Positions 45,419 through 55,932 of a DNA stretch of 64,000 nt are shown piece by piece; the first letter of the stretch is position 1, and every line of letters begins with the position of its first letter. Source of the stretch: Candidatus Methanomethylicia archaeon (GTDB lineage Archaea > Thermoproteota > Methanomethylicia > CALHIW01). Made by a program: the position numbers and the translations under genes. Under the pieces are notes generated by a model. That model did not search any database. It was not told where the DNA came from and saw only the letters and a list, made by a program, of their open reading frames with translations. The stretch lies in assembly GCA_038845975.1 (NCBI GenBank), contig JAWBQF010000009.1, forward strand, positions 13,073-77,072, given 5' to 3'.

Positions 45419-46179
45419 TGTTTGATTGTTTTAACATCTACAGAAGTTACTCCCCTTCTAGTTATTGTAAAGAATACCCATCGTGACCTATGTGGAGCTC
45501 CCTTCAATTTTCTTACCCTAAGTTGCTTTAGAAGAATCCCCTCACGCATAAAGTTAGGCTCAAATCGGCAATCAATTATACCGTCCATAATATATTCAAG
45601 CATTTCTTCAACTCCTTCAAGTGGTTTTATACCTATGTGGAATGTCCCAAAACATAATATATTATGACTTTTAGAAAACTCTGCTCTCCAGGTTTTTACG
45701 GCTTCTATACCTTTTGCTAGGTCAACCTGAGTCAAAAACTCAGTTAGAGAATCTAGAAATATTGCTCCTCGACAATCATGCAATGTAAATCTTTCAAAAT
45801 TAGATGCAATTATATCAGTTAATATGCTGTAACAGCCCTGCGAGTTTTCAATAAAAGTTACATATGGTAATGTATTCGATTGTTTAGCTCTATATGAGAA
45901 ACAATCAATGAAATGTAGGAGGTTAGCTTCAATGTATTTTGTAGGACACCAACCAAAAGATGACAGTTGTTGAACTATCGCATTAGGACTGTCATCAAAG
46001 CAGATATATATACATGGCTCTCTACGTTTAAGCCTAGCATATAGTAAATGCAGCATCAATGCTGTTTTTCCAGTACCACTTTCACCTATAATCATTATGA
46101 AGCTGTTTCTTGGTATACCAATAGGTACTAGGGCATCTATGACTGGAATTCCTATTTTCACCAAATTTTCTTCCTTCAT
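45415..46179 (-). CDS. Second KaiC-like RecA-superfamily ATPase
   Basis: GESGTGKT, CFDDSP (DD in place of EE), FIDCF, FLDSL, DGIID, RKLKG..H. Confidence 0.9.
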   Translation of the reverse strand: MKEENLVKIGIPVIDALVPIGIPRNSFIMIIGESGTGKTALMLHLLYARLKRREPCIYICFDDSPNAIVQQLSSFGWCPTKYIEANLLHFIDCFSYRAKQSNTLPYVTFIENSQGCYSILTDIIASNFERFTLHDCRGAIFLDSLTEFLTQVDLAKGIEAVKTWRAEFSKSHNILCFGTFHIGIKPLEGVEEMLEYIMDGIIDCRFEPNFMREGILLKQLRVRKLKGAPHRSRWVFFTITRRGVTSVDVKTIKH

Positions 46180-46202
46180 CTAATCCCTATATTAAGTTAA
46201 GA

Positions 46203-46273
46203 TTTAGGTTTTAAATCATTAACGAAAAACCTTTATAAGAACTGTATCAGAAAATGATGATTTTAAACCTAAA
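46203..46273. promoter_or_regulatory. 17-bp inverted repeat bracketing a BRE-TATA in a divergent promoter
   Basis: tttaggttttaaatcat ... atgattttaaacctaaa (16/17) flanking cgaaaaacctttataa. Confidence 0.6.
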
Positions 46274-46326
46274 CAATAAACGTAACCATTTTAAATACTG
46301 TAATCCTATTATAATAGGGATGCTCT

Positions 46327-46500
46327 TTGAGAACGATAACAGTTAGAATTCCTGAAGCTTATATTGAAGCAATGAAAAAACTTGTTAAGGCTGGCCTCTA
46401 TCCGTCTATGTCAGAAGTTATAAGAGTGGCAATAAGAGACTTAGTAAGAAAAGACTTGACCTTAATAAATAGAGAAGTTAAAAACTCAAACCTCGATTAG
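46327..46500 (+). CDS. 57-aa ribbon-helix-helix regulator, CdrS/CopG-like
   Basis: TTG start; MRTITVRIPEAYIEAMKKLVKAGLYPSMSEVIRVAIRDLVRKD...; absent from ORF track. Confidence 0.85.
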   Translation: MRTITVRIPEAYIEAMKKLVKAGLYPSMSEVIRVAIRDLVRKDLTLINREVKNSNLD

Positions 46501-47457
46501 ATTATCAGAAGTATAGCCTTAATTAAATTAGGTTTACCATAAAAGCAGATACTTTATGAACTCAATATATTAAACATTACAATTAATAGTTCAACTCATG
46601 AAACCAATCGACAGTTAAAGAGTATTAAATACTTGTCTTAGCTTTATAGAAACCTTGATCATGTTTATTATTTTCGGTTTTGTTGTCTTGTGTGTAATAT
46701 GTTATTGCTTGTGTTTTTTATAACTCCTCTCAATTCTATTTTGACCTCCATCTTTCTTTAATATAAGTGTTATTGTTTATATATGTTCCTTTCATAATAT
46801 TTTCCCCTTATGAATTTATGTTTTGATTACTGTTAAATCTTTCCCATAGTTAGCTCTACTCTTCTCATATCTATTTTCCTATGTATAGTCTAAGTTCTTT
46901 GATCCTTTCCTCTTAGTTAGGAACAGGTTATTAACTCCTCAATTTTATATTGGGTATTATCTTCATTTTTCTTCCATCTTTAACCTATCATTAATTCTCT
47001 CTATGATTAAATGCTTACTAAGTCTCATAATAATAGAATTTATATTTATTATTAAGGGTTGGAATTGATGAAAGATATGATGTTCTCTTTGATAATTAAC
47101 CTTTAATAGGAACTCTAATGCTGTAAGGTGAGGTATCATACTTGAGCTTACATTAAGTATTGTAATGTGGAAGAAAGACTGTAAGTTCTCTATAATCCTT
47201 TTTTTAAACCCCTCCTTAAGAGAAGAGCTAAATGTTGATGTTACTATAATTCTTAGAATACTTATTTAAAAGGAATACATATTCTTTCTCATAACAATAG
47301 GATAGCCCAAATCAATGGGTATAGTCATCCATGAAGTATATCATAGTAACAAAGAAAAAGATTTTTATAGGACCTTCAGCGGGAAAGTTTAAAATCATTG
47401 ATGTTATATATCAAATAACAATTAAAACTTCATTATAGTGATGTATGAGGTTAAAAT

Positions 47458-48222
47458 ATGGTTATTAAAGAGGGGGATTTTGTATTACTTGTTCATAAAG
47501 GAAATAAGTGGATCATTAAAGTTGAGAAAAACAAGATTTTTCATACTCATAGAGGATTTATAGATATGAATAACATAATAGGTAAAGAATATGGAACAAT
47601 TATTAAAAGTAGCTCGGGATATGATTTTTACGTATTTTACCCTTTAATGAGGGATTTTATAATGCAATTTAGGAGAAAAACACAAATAATATATCCTAAG
47701 GACATAGCAATTATCGTTTTATACGCAGATATTAGACCGGGGAAAGTTATTGTTGAGGGTGGGACCGGAAGTGGAGCACTAACAGTAGCTCTAGCTTCCC
47801 TAGTTTCGCCAACAGGTAAGGTGTATAGCTATGATATTAATATTGAAAATTTAATGCATGCTAAGAGAAATATAGAAAAACTTGGATTAAATGATGTTGT
47901 TGAGTTTAAAGTAGGTGATGTCACGAAACATATTAATGAATGTAATGTTGATGTTGCAGTACTTGATATTCCAACGCCATGGCTTGCGGTACCGATAATT
48001 AGAAGTATATTAAAACCTAGTGGCGTTTTTGTAAGCTTTAGCCCAACTATTGAGCAAGTAATTCAGACAGTCAATATGCTTGAAAGTAATAGATTTAGCG
48101 AAATTGAATGTTACGAATGTATTATGAGACAACTTCGAGTAAGAAGTGGGATGACAAGACCATTTCATCGACAAATAGTACATACAGGATATATAGTATT
48201 AGCTAGATCGTTAGCTATGTAG
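47458..48222 (+). CDS. trmI: tRNA (adenine-N1)-methyltransferase
   Basis: FHTHRG, TQIIYPKD, EGGTGSGALT, LDIP.PW, HTGY. Confidence 0.96.
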   Translation: MVIKEGDFVLLVHKGNKWIIKVEKNKIFHTHRGFIDMNNIIGKEYGTIIKSSSGYDFYVFYPLMRDFIMQFRRKTQIIYPKDIAIIVLYADIRPGKVIVEGGTGSGALTVALASLVSPTGKVYSYDINIENLMHAKRNIEKLGLNDVVEFKVGDVTKHINECNVDVAVLDIPTPWLAVPIIRSILKPSGVFVSFSPTIEQVIQTVNMLESNRFSEIECYECIMRQLRVRSGMTRPFHRQIVHTGYIVLARSLAM

Positions 48223-48244
48223 TATTATAAAAAAAATCTTGTTA

Positions 48245-48565
48245 TTACCCCATGAAGAGAAGCATGAATGCTATGACTAAACCGTATATTGCTATAGCTT
48301 CGATAAATACGATAAATATTAATGATCTCCCGAACAACTCAGGTCTTTCAACAAGCGCACCTGCAAATGCGGCAGCAGCAGTTCCCATACCAATACCAGC
48401 ACCCAGACCAGATAGACCAATGGCCAATGCCGCTCCTAGATATTTTTCTCCAACAATTTCAGCCATAATATTAGGTTTTAAAGCCAAAGTTAAGGGAAGC
48501 ACTGTTAACACTAAACCAGCACTAAGTAGCAGTAATACTATTTTTCTGGACATCTCATCAACCAC
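48245..48565 (-). CDS. atpK: A-type ATP synthase subunit c/K
   Basis: GLSGLGAGIG, ERPELFG, FIEAIAIYG with conserved Glu. Confidence 0.93.
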   Translation of the reverse strand: MVDEMSRKIVLLLLSAGLVLTVLPLTLALKPNIMAEIVGEKYLGAALAIGLSGLGAGIGMGTAAAAFAGALVERPELFGRSLIFIVFIEAIAIYGLVIAFMLLFMG

Positions 48566-48584
48566 CAGCTGTAAATGTTAAAAC

Positions 48585-48597
48585 TTATAAATTTTAC
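48585..48597 (-). promoter_or_regulatory. Separate BRE-TATA for atpK
   Basis: Minus-strand gtaaaa-tttataa about 20 nt upstream of the GTG. Confidence 0.5.
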
Positions 48598-48857
48598 TAC
48601 AATCCAGATGGGACCTTAGTAGTTCGTGAGTCTTGCATATTTATATTTTAATCTAGTTTATCATTGAATGTTTAAGACAGAACTTAAAGCGATACCTGTA
48701 ATAATATTTCCATGCCGAACTCGTCCAATAACATTATACGAAATACAGTGAAACATATAACACCATTAATAATTCTAAGAAAGCAACAGCACAATCATCA
48801 GAAGAATATGAAAGACAAAATAAACAAAAACAGGAGTATGGTAAAGAGGACTTAATT

Positions 48858-49910
48858 TTACTGGATTATAAGATAGTTAATAATTTCGTTAATTGGGATA
48901 TCAGCAAGTACTCCAAGTATTATTGTTCTAATATCCATTATTTCAAAATGTTTAATATATAGGTAGGCTACTGGAAAACCTAAGTTCATAGTATCACCAT
49001 AAAGATATCTATAAATATGTTTAATAAGGTATTTCTTAATAAAGTATTCTATCTGATTCATCTGTGTGCCTATCAAATCTGCTAAGAAACTATAGTGAAA
49101 TTCACTTAAAATTTTAAGAGCCATATCCACACTCTTCATTTCAATAACTGGTGTATAGTAATGTTTCCTTATGCTAGGTATTAGAATGGATTCCAAGAGT
49201 TTTGGATCTATTTTTAAGGTAATACCTCTTAATATTAGAAGTATATTAGATAAGTCTACATCAAGTTGAATTATTGAGGAAACTAGAGTTTTATCAATTC
49301 CTTTTAAATTATTTATGGCTTTAAATAGTTGATTATACGAGTAAGATAATATTGTAGATTCAAGGAATAATGATGATGGACCATACTTATTAAACGTATC
49401 TAAAAGGTTACTTCTTAACCGATATTCTGGAATTAAATGTATGACGTCTTCTATGGATCTTGATGAAGCATATACATAGTTTAAAAAATCAGTATTATAA
49501 GGATAAATAGGTAATAATAAAATTGATGCAATATCCTTTGGTATCTTATTTATTACGGATAGGATTATAGTTCTTAATGAATCATGTTTCCATTTATTTA
49601 AGAGAGCAATAAAAACAGTTCTATCGTTCTTATTTAAGTAATTAAGTATTATATTTATTTCTTTGATTAATAGATTAACAAGCTTCTTATCGAACTCAAT
49701 AGTTGAAAATTCCTCTGATACAGGTAAACATGAAGAATATGATGTATTTCCTAAAAATCTTAAGAGAGACCGAAGATCTGATAATTTTAAAATAAGTTTA
49801 AAATCATCAGGTTTAAGCATTCTTGATTTTAATGCGTGTACCCTTGCATTAAGAGCTCCTAATCTACTTGTATTAGCATCTAAAACTTTAACCATAGAAT
49901 TATCCTCCAT
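48858..49910 (-). CDS. atpC: A/V-type ATP synthase subunit C
   Basis: NARVHALKSRML, TSY, D..NI...LR, AYL..K..EI.DIR. Confidence 0.88.
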   Translation of the reverse strand: MEDNSMVKVLDANTSRLGALNARVHALKSRMLKPDDFKLILKLSDLRSLLRFLGNTSYSSCLPVSEEFSTIEFDKKLVNLLIKEINIILNYLNKNDRTVFIALLNKWKHDSLRTIILSVINKIPKDIASILLLPIYPYNTDFLNYVYASSRSIEDVIHLIPEYRLRSNLLDTFNKYGPSSLFLESTILSYSYNQLFKAINNLKGIDKTLVSSIIQLDVDLSNILLILRGITLKIDPKLLESILIPSIRKHYYTPVIEMKSVDMALKILSEFHYSFLADLIGTQMNQIEYFIKKYLIKHIYRYLYGDTMNLGFPVAYLYIKHFEIMDIRTIILGVLADIPINEIINYLIIQ

Positions 49911-50118
49911 TTAGTGAAAGCTTCTCAAACAATTTTACAGTTATTATTGTGCCCGTTATAAGACCTAGTATTGCGCCTAAAAGACCTAAAATCATCATGT
50001 ACATAGTACTAACAAGCTTACCCAGATAAATTCCAATGAGTAGACATACAATTACTAAGAGTGGTAATATAAGGCCTATACCTAACACTCTAAATATAGA
50101 AAAACTTTTTTCTTTCAA
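49900..50118 (-). CDS. Small two-TM protein, AtpZ/ATPase gene-1-like
   Basis: G.....P.......IGIYL....GLLGAILG pattern; overlaps atpC start. Confidence 0.65.
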   Translation of the reverse strand: MKEKSFSIFRVLGIGLILPLLVIVCLLIGIYLGKLVSTMYMMILGLLGAILGLITGTIITVKLFEKLSLNGG

Positions 50119-50128
50119 TCATAGCACC

Positions 50129-51730
50129 TTATAGCTGAAATGGTTTAAAAATGTAGCCTTCTCCTTTATAGAATTTGAGAAACCACTCAACCCAATGTAG
50201 ACGTAAAGCTTGCATAAATGTTGCAAGAAGTTCTAGTGTCATTATTAGAAATGTTGCCAGCGGTAATGATAAATATATATATATTGATCCTTTACCCATT
50301 AAGCCTATTTGACTTATTGCCCAGTGTACTAAATGAAATGCAAAAATTCTTAAATACGAGATTGTGTTTGATATTGAAGCAATTAAATGTTCAAGAGATT
50401 CCCCTAAAGCCTCAGTAAAGCCTTCAATAAAGATTCTAACAGTAAACATAGTTATGGCTGGAACTATAAGAAGATATAGAGGGGATACTGGCAGAAATGA
50501 AGGGTTTTTAGCGCTGAATACATCAGATAACAACTGTGAAACTCTTGTTGTTGGATTAAAATCATATAATGTAAATAGAACTGTAAGTGTACCGTAGAAC
50601 CACAACCATAATACAGGTCCTGAGAACATATGTTTATATTCCTTCTCTGTAATCTTATTTATAATATCTAGTACTAAGCCAAAGATTATATGAAGCATAC
50701 CTATGTATATACATAATTTCATCAATATTATAAACCATCGATGTTCAGCTACCTCTTCTTCCAGGCCAGAAAGACCTAATATTGAATATATAGGTTTTCC
50801 ATTTATATTAGTTAATGCTTTAAACCATTCATTACTGCCTAAAAACTCACCATACAAGAAACCGAAAAATATCGAGAATACAGCGCAGATTATAAGAATA
50901 TCTGCACCTTGTACTATCGGTCTAAAAATATCTGGTATAGATATTTTTTTCCTCTTAATATGCATTATATATAGTGATGCTATGAAAAATATTAATCCAT
51001 GACCTACGTCACCAAACATTATCCCAAAGAATATAGGAAATGTTATCATCATAAAAATGCTAGGGTCAATTTCACCGTATACTGGTATTCCGAATCCACG
51101 AGTTAAGGCAGCAAATCCACCAAGCTTGCTTTTTTCATCAATCACTGTTGGAGGCTTTTCCTCTATTTCCTCTAAATCTTCAATTACTTCGTATATGGAT
51201 AACTGGTCTGAGTATTTATCTATGGTTTCGGTCACGATACTCAATTTTTCTTTTGGTACCCAACAATCGAAAACAAACATTCTTCCTACAACGCCACCAT
51301 ACATAGCTTTAACATTTTCAACTTCTCTTAATGCTCTCAGCGCTGCTTCATAATTTAATAAGTGGTCAATGTACTTTTGCATTAAATCTTTAGGTGTATG
51401 CTGGTCTGATAGCATAGATTCAATGCTTTTTATTGCTTCCTCAATTTTATTAAATTGATTTTTTAGGTTAAGATCAGTAGTTATTACTTTTCTAGGTTGT
51501 AACCCTACTTTATTAATTAAGCGACTAACTTTACTATGAATCTCTGAAATTCCATACGCTTCGCTAGACAGCTCATATGGCTTAATCATAGCTAGAAGTT
51601 CTTTATTACTTGTTTTTTTAATATCTATGAAATGCACAAGTCCCAATTGTCCTAAAGATACTAAAACAGAGTCAACTTTATCTCTTATTACAGCAAATCT
51701 TAAACGCACAACTTTAGGTGATCTAATCAT
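50129..51730 (-). CDS. atpI: A/V-type ATP synthase subunit I/a
   Basis: CWVP, PPT, EIDP, FGIMFGDVGHG, SYLR, LRLHWVEW..KFY.G.G. Confidence 0.94.
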   Translation of the reverse strand: MIRSPKVVRLRFAVIRDKVDSVLVSLGQLGLVHFIDIKKTSNKELLAMIKPYELSSEAYGISEIHSKVSRLINKVGLQPRKVITTDLNLKNQFNKIEEAIKSIESMLSDQHTPKDLMQKYIDHLLNYEAALRALREVENVKAMYGGVVGRMFVFDCWVPKEKLSIVTETIDKYSDQLSIYEVIEDLEEIEEKPPTVIDEKSKLGGFAALTRGFGIPVYGEIDPSIFMMITFPIFFGIMFGDVGHGLIFFIASLYIMHIKRKKISIPDIFRPIVQGADILIICAVFSIFFGFLYGEFLGSNEWFKALTNINGKPIYSILGLSGLEEEVAEHRWFIILMKLCIYIGMLHIIFGLVLDIINKITEKEYKHMFSGPVLWLWFYGTLTVLFTLYDFNPTTRVSQLLSDVFSAKNPSFLPVSPLYLLIVPAITMFTVRIFIEGFTEALGESLEHLIASISNTISYLRIFAFHLVHWAISQIGLMGKGSIYIYLSLPLATFLIMTLELLATFMQALRLHWVEWFLKFYKGEGYIFKPFQL

Positions 51731-51874
51731 AGTAACCTACCGAATAACTAACAGAGATAATGTAGCTATTTAATAAATTTTTCTTAATGTTAATAGTTTT
51801 ATAAACTTAACTACTAATTCGCATACTTCTTCTATCCAGGGTTCATAGAATCACTGATATAAGATATTATTACG

Positions 51875-52285
51875 AGGCTATAGTATCTAAGGAGATGTGT
51901 ATTTACGGTTATATAGTAGAGGAAATAAATAATGAGTACGTCTGAAAACTATTTAGATTTTCCTCTCTAAAGTTTTATTATGGAGTTTAGAGACTTACTG
52001 ATTGCGAGTGGAAGTTTATTAAAGCCTTTGCTTCCACCTAGGGCTAGGACTAGTAGAGTGATAGTAGTTTAGAGCATTAACCAAAGAAGCATTAGTAGAG
52101 ACTAAGCTAAATTATAGCATTAAATTTCTAACGAAAAACCACTCTTAGATCCAGAATCCTCTCTGCAATAAACATTTACCAAATTCACAAACAATATACA
52201 AAAGTAGAGAATTATACAATTTATTATAGTATTTTGTATAATTGACGGTTACATATCTGTCAAATGTTTTAAAACACTATAGCCC
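51875..52285. mobile_element. Decayed ~410-bp element (GGCTATAGT-ended family)
   Basis: TIR aggctatagt / actatagccc; G/T-rich left half, A/C-rich right half. Confidence 0.5.
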
Positions 52286-52326
52286 ATAGAGAATAGAGAA
52301 ATATAGTTTAATAGTTAAGCTAAAAT

Positions 52327-53796
52327 TTATTTTAATAATGTAATGTAGGTTGCAATATAGGGTGCTATTCCTAAGCCTAAAATAACAGTTAGTAATGATG
52401 TAACTATAGTTATAATGACTTCAGGATCTTTGATTCTTTCTAAATGTTGCCTCTCCGTACTATTTTGAGTAAAATACATGTTTTTAATTATGACTATGTA
52501 ATAGGCAACTGAAATGCCACTATTTAAGGCTGCTACAAGGGTAAGTGATGGATATTCTCCCGCAACTGATAAGAAAAGCAACAATTTACTCCAAAAACCT
52601 ATTAGTGGTGGAATTCCCATTAAACTTAGTAGTAAAATGGATGCTGAAAACGATGTTACTGGAAGTATTCTCCCTAAGTTTCTAATGGAAATTAAATCTA
52701 CATTTCCAATTTTTCTCAATATATATGAAAGAGCAACAAAAAGTCCTGTTTTAGCTATAATGTATGTTATCAAATGTAATGCTATACCTTGTAGACCCAT
52801 AATTGAAGCAGAAGTTCCTAGGATAGGCTTTGTTACACTAAAAGCTGTAAATCCTACTAGAAAATAGCCTGCATGAGCAATAGTACTGTAAGCCAACATT
52901 CGCTGCACATTTTTCTGAACAAGAGCGACTAAATTTCCGAAGATCATTGTTAACATTGAAAACATGAATATAGATAAAGTATATGTAGCTTGAAGTGTAG
53001 GTATTATAGAAAAGATAGATAATAGCCTTACAAATGCTGCTATAGGTAAAATTTCAACAACTCCAGCTAAATAGGCTACACATATTGGATGGACACCACC
53101 ATAAACATCAGGAAGCCAAGTATGAAATGGAAAGATTCCAAACTTAAATCCTAAAGATGCTATGAACATTATAAGAGATATTTTTACAAGTAATGTTTTC
53201 TCTTCATTTAAGAGTTTTAGAGTTTTTTCTATTTCATATAAATTTGTTGTACCACTTACTCCATATAGTAGTGCAATAGCATAAAGCATTGTTACCGTGG
53301 ATAACATTCCCATAATTGAATACTTAATAGCTCCTTCAACTGAACTTTCATCTTTTCTTAAACCAGCAATCACATAGGATGCAACTGATGTTAGCATCCA
53401 TGATGTGAATATTAGTAATATATCATTTGCAAATGATATATAGTATATGCCTAGTAGAGCTATAGGGATTAATGAATAATAACTAGTTGACGTAGGCCAA
53501 GATCCTACCTCATTAACTGATGCTATAAGTACTAAAAGTGCACTAAATGTTGCTGCTATTACTATTATAATTCCAAAACTATCTACAGTTAATATTCCAG
53601 GACTTAATACTTCCTTACTAAATATTAGAAGAGTATTTAAAAGTAGAGCTAAAATAAGCGAAATCATAGATATTAAATAGCCCATTTGTTTACGTTTTCT
53701 TTCGATCAGTAGTTGATCAATTAGAGGGATAGTTACTCCAGCCCCTATAAGTAGTGATGCCGTTAAATTTAAGATAAGTTCAAATCTTAGAGGCAT
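52327..53796 (-). CDS. nuoN: Complex I-like subunit N
   Basis: EGAIKY, FKFGIFPFHTWLPDVY.G, RMLAYSTIAHAGY, GIPPLIGFWSK. Confidence 0.92.
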   Translation of the reverse strand: MPLRFELILNLTASLLIGAGVTIPLIDQLLIERKRKQMGYLISMISLILALLLNTLLIFSKEVLSPGILTVDSFGIIIVIAATFSALLVLIASVNEVGSWPTSTSYYSLIPIALLGIYYISFANDILLIFTSWMLTSVASYVIAGLRKDESSVEGAIKYSIMGMLSTVTMLYAIALLYGVSGTTNLYEIEKTLKLLNEEKTLLVKISLIMFIASLGFKFGIFPFHTWLPDVYGGVHPICVAYLAGVVEILPIAAFVRLLSIFSIIPTLQATYTLSIFMFSMLTMIFGNLVALVQKNVQRMLAYSTIAHAGYFLVGFTAFSVTKPILGTSASIMGLQGIALHLITYIIAKTGLFVALSYILRKIGNVDLISIRNLGRILPVTSFSASILLLSLMGIPPLIGFWSKLLLFLSVAGEYPSLTLVAALNSGISVAYYIVIIKNMYFTQNSTERQHLERIKDPEVIITIVTSLLTVILGLGIAPYIATYITLLK

Positions 53797-53799
53797 AAT

Positions 53800-55932
53800 T
53801 TACACCATTAGTATTATTAATAAAGTAATCATAAGAGCAAGACCTATAATAAAAGTTGTTAAGTAATTATTTAGAATTCCTGATTGTAGTTTTCTAATAA
53901 ATGCCGAAAACTTGAGTAGCCCATTGACGGTATGTATATTATATCCTTCATCTATTACAGGTACTTCAAAATGCTTAAATAATATGTTAAATAGTTTAAT
54001 GAACATTGATGGAATTACTTTGTGATAGAGGTCATCTATAACAAGTTTATCAAACCATTTAAAGATTATAAGACTTATTCCTCTAAATCCATTAACTAGA
54101 ACTTTGTAGTAAATTGGGTTAATGTAATATCTATCATAAAGTAGACCGTGTATAAGTCTAGCAACTGAGCTGCGTTTTAGGATAGAAAGCGTATCTATCT
54201 TTAATACTTTATAAATATATAGGGATGATCCAAATCCTATAGCCACCATAGTTATCGATGCTGCTGTTAAAAGAGGGTTAAGATGTATTTCATGAATAAT
54301 GTGGTGCTCCTCTATCCCAAGTACATATTTTACTATATTTGAGTTTATTTCTGGTCCATAAATTGGCCAGATTAATCCTAAGATAAATGCTACTATTGCA
54401 AGTATCAAGTAAGGCATTAGCATTATTGGATGTGCTTCATGAATATGATGTATATGTTCTAAATGTTTAACTTTTTCTGACTTTAAACCTGTAAATACTC
54501 TTAAAATTAATCTTAAAGAGTAAAATGAAGTAAACGCTGCTGTTAATGTACCAAGAATTAAAAGCCATAATTTACCGCTTTCAGCTGCCACTTCAAGTAC
54601 ACTATCTTTACTCCAGAAACCTTGGAAAAGGGGAACTCCTGAGAGGCTAAATGCTGCTAAAAGCATAGATATAAATGTTATTTTCATATAATGAATTAGC
54701 CCCCCCATATCATCAATAAATCTTGATTCTACTACATGAATAATTGCTCCAGCAGCCATGAAGAGAGATGCTTTAAAAACTGCTTGACTCATTAAATGGT
54801 TAAAGCTGGCTAACCAACCATATATAAATTCTGGGCATAAACCTGCAGCTCCTACTGCTAAGAACATGTATCCTAATTGAGATGCTGTTGAAAATGCTAG
54901 AATAAGCTTTAACTCCCTAGCTACTATAGCTTGTGAAGCCATGAATATTGCTGTGAAGGCACCAATAGTTGCTATAATCATAAAGAAGATTGTAATATTA
55001 TCTTTAATTATGTGAAGAAGCATTTCATCATGAATTTCATGAAATGAAAAGTAAATAGCTGGAGAAAAACGTAACATGAAGTATACACCAGCATTTACCA
55101 TTGTTGCAGCATGTATTAATGCACTAACTGAAGTTGGGCCAGTCATAGCTGTTACAAGCCATTCATGAAATGGAAACTGAGCACTCTTAGCAAGAGCTCC
55201 AAGGGAAAATATAATTAAAGCGGGTAACAGCAATCCTAATTTTGCTAAATAAATAATCCATTCAGGAGCGTTTTCTATTATTTCTGAAATACTGAATGTT
55301 TTGAGTACTAAATAGATTATTGCTATTCCAGTAATAAATCCTACATCTCCAAGTCTTGTAAACACTAAAGCTCTAACACCGCTATGACTCGGAGTAAACA
55401 GCATTGATATACCTAATGCCTTTCTATTAGGATCACCTACACATCTTTCTTCTTCATCAGTAAACCAATGACCTATTAAAGCATAAGAACATAGTCCAGT
55501 ACCTTCCCATCCTATGAACATAAAGAGGATGTTATCCGCTGTTATTAAAGTCAACATACTGCCAGCAAAGAATGTAAAGAAAAACCAATATCTAGTTAGT
55601 CCTGGATCATTCTCCATGTACTTTAGACTATAGAAACCTATGAAGAAACATAACCAGCTTACTAGAAATGCCGTAAAGGAGCTCAATCCATCCATATATG
55701 CACCAAAAGTTATGTCTAGAGATTCAATCCATAAGTAGGATGTATGTATTGGTTTTCCACTAATGATGAAATCGTGTAAAGTAATGGATGCGAAAACAGA
55801 TGAAAAAAGTAAAGATAGAACTGCAACGTAATTTCTTGCCTTTTTACTTATTTTTGAGAGTATAAGTGAAAGTATTGCGCCTATGTACGGCGCTGCCCAT
55901 ATGTATATGGGATCTATAAACATGTAGATCAC
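53800..55932 (-). CDS. nuoL: Complex I-like subunit L
   Basis: GWEG.GLCSYALIG, KSAQFPFHEWL..AM.GPT.VSALIHAATMV, GFWSKD. Confidence 0.94.
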   Translation of the reverse strand: MIYMFIDPIYIWAAPYIGAILSLILSKISKKARNYVAVLSLLFSSVFASITLHDFIISGKPIHTSYLWIESLDITFGAYMDGLSSFTAFLVSWLCFFIGFYSLKYMENDPGLTRYWFFFTFFAGSMLTLITADNILFMFIGWEGTGLCSYALIGHWFTDEEERCVGDPNRKALGISMLFTPSHSGVRALVFTRLGDVGFITGIAIIYLVLKTFSISEIIENAPEWIIYLAKLGLLLPALIIFSLGALAKSAQFPFHEWLVTAMTGPTSVSALIHAATMVNAGVYFMLRFSPAIYFSFHEIHDEMLLHIIKDNITIFFMIIATIGAFTAIFMASQAIVARELKLILAFSTASQLGYMFLAVGAAGLCPEFIYGWLASFNHLMSQAVFKASLFMAAGAIIHVVESRFIDDMGGLIHYMKITFISMLLAAFSLSGVPLFQGFWSKDSVLEVAAESGKLWLLILGTLTAAFTSFYSLRLILRVFTGLKSEKVKHLEHIHHIHEAHPIMLMPYLILAIVAFILGLIWPIYGPEINSNIVKYVLGIEEHHIIHEIHLNPLLTAASITMVAIGFGSSLYIYKVLKIDTLSILKRSSVARLIHGLLYDRYYINPIYYKVLVNGFRGISLIIFKWFDKLVIDDLYHKVIPSMFIKLFNILFKHFEVPVIDEGYNIHTVNGLLKFSAFIRKLQSGILNNYLTTFIIGLALMITLLIILMV

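Noticed and set aside
46560-47350. Possible TnpB (IS200/IS605) remnant on the minus strand
   Set aside because: Only faint fragments (RVPIK, a GVNNL-like stretch) across many frameshifts; needs tblastn before it can be called.
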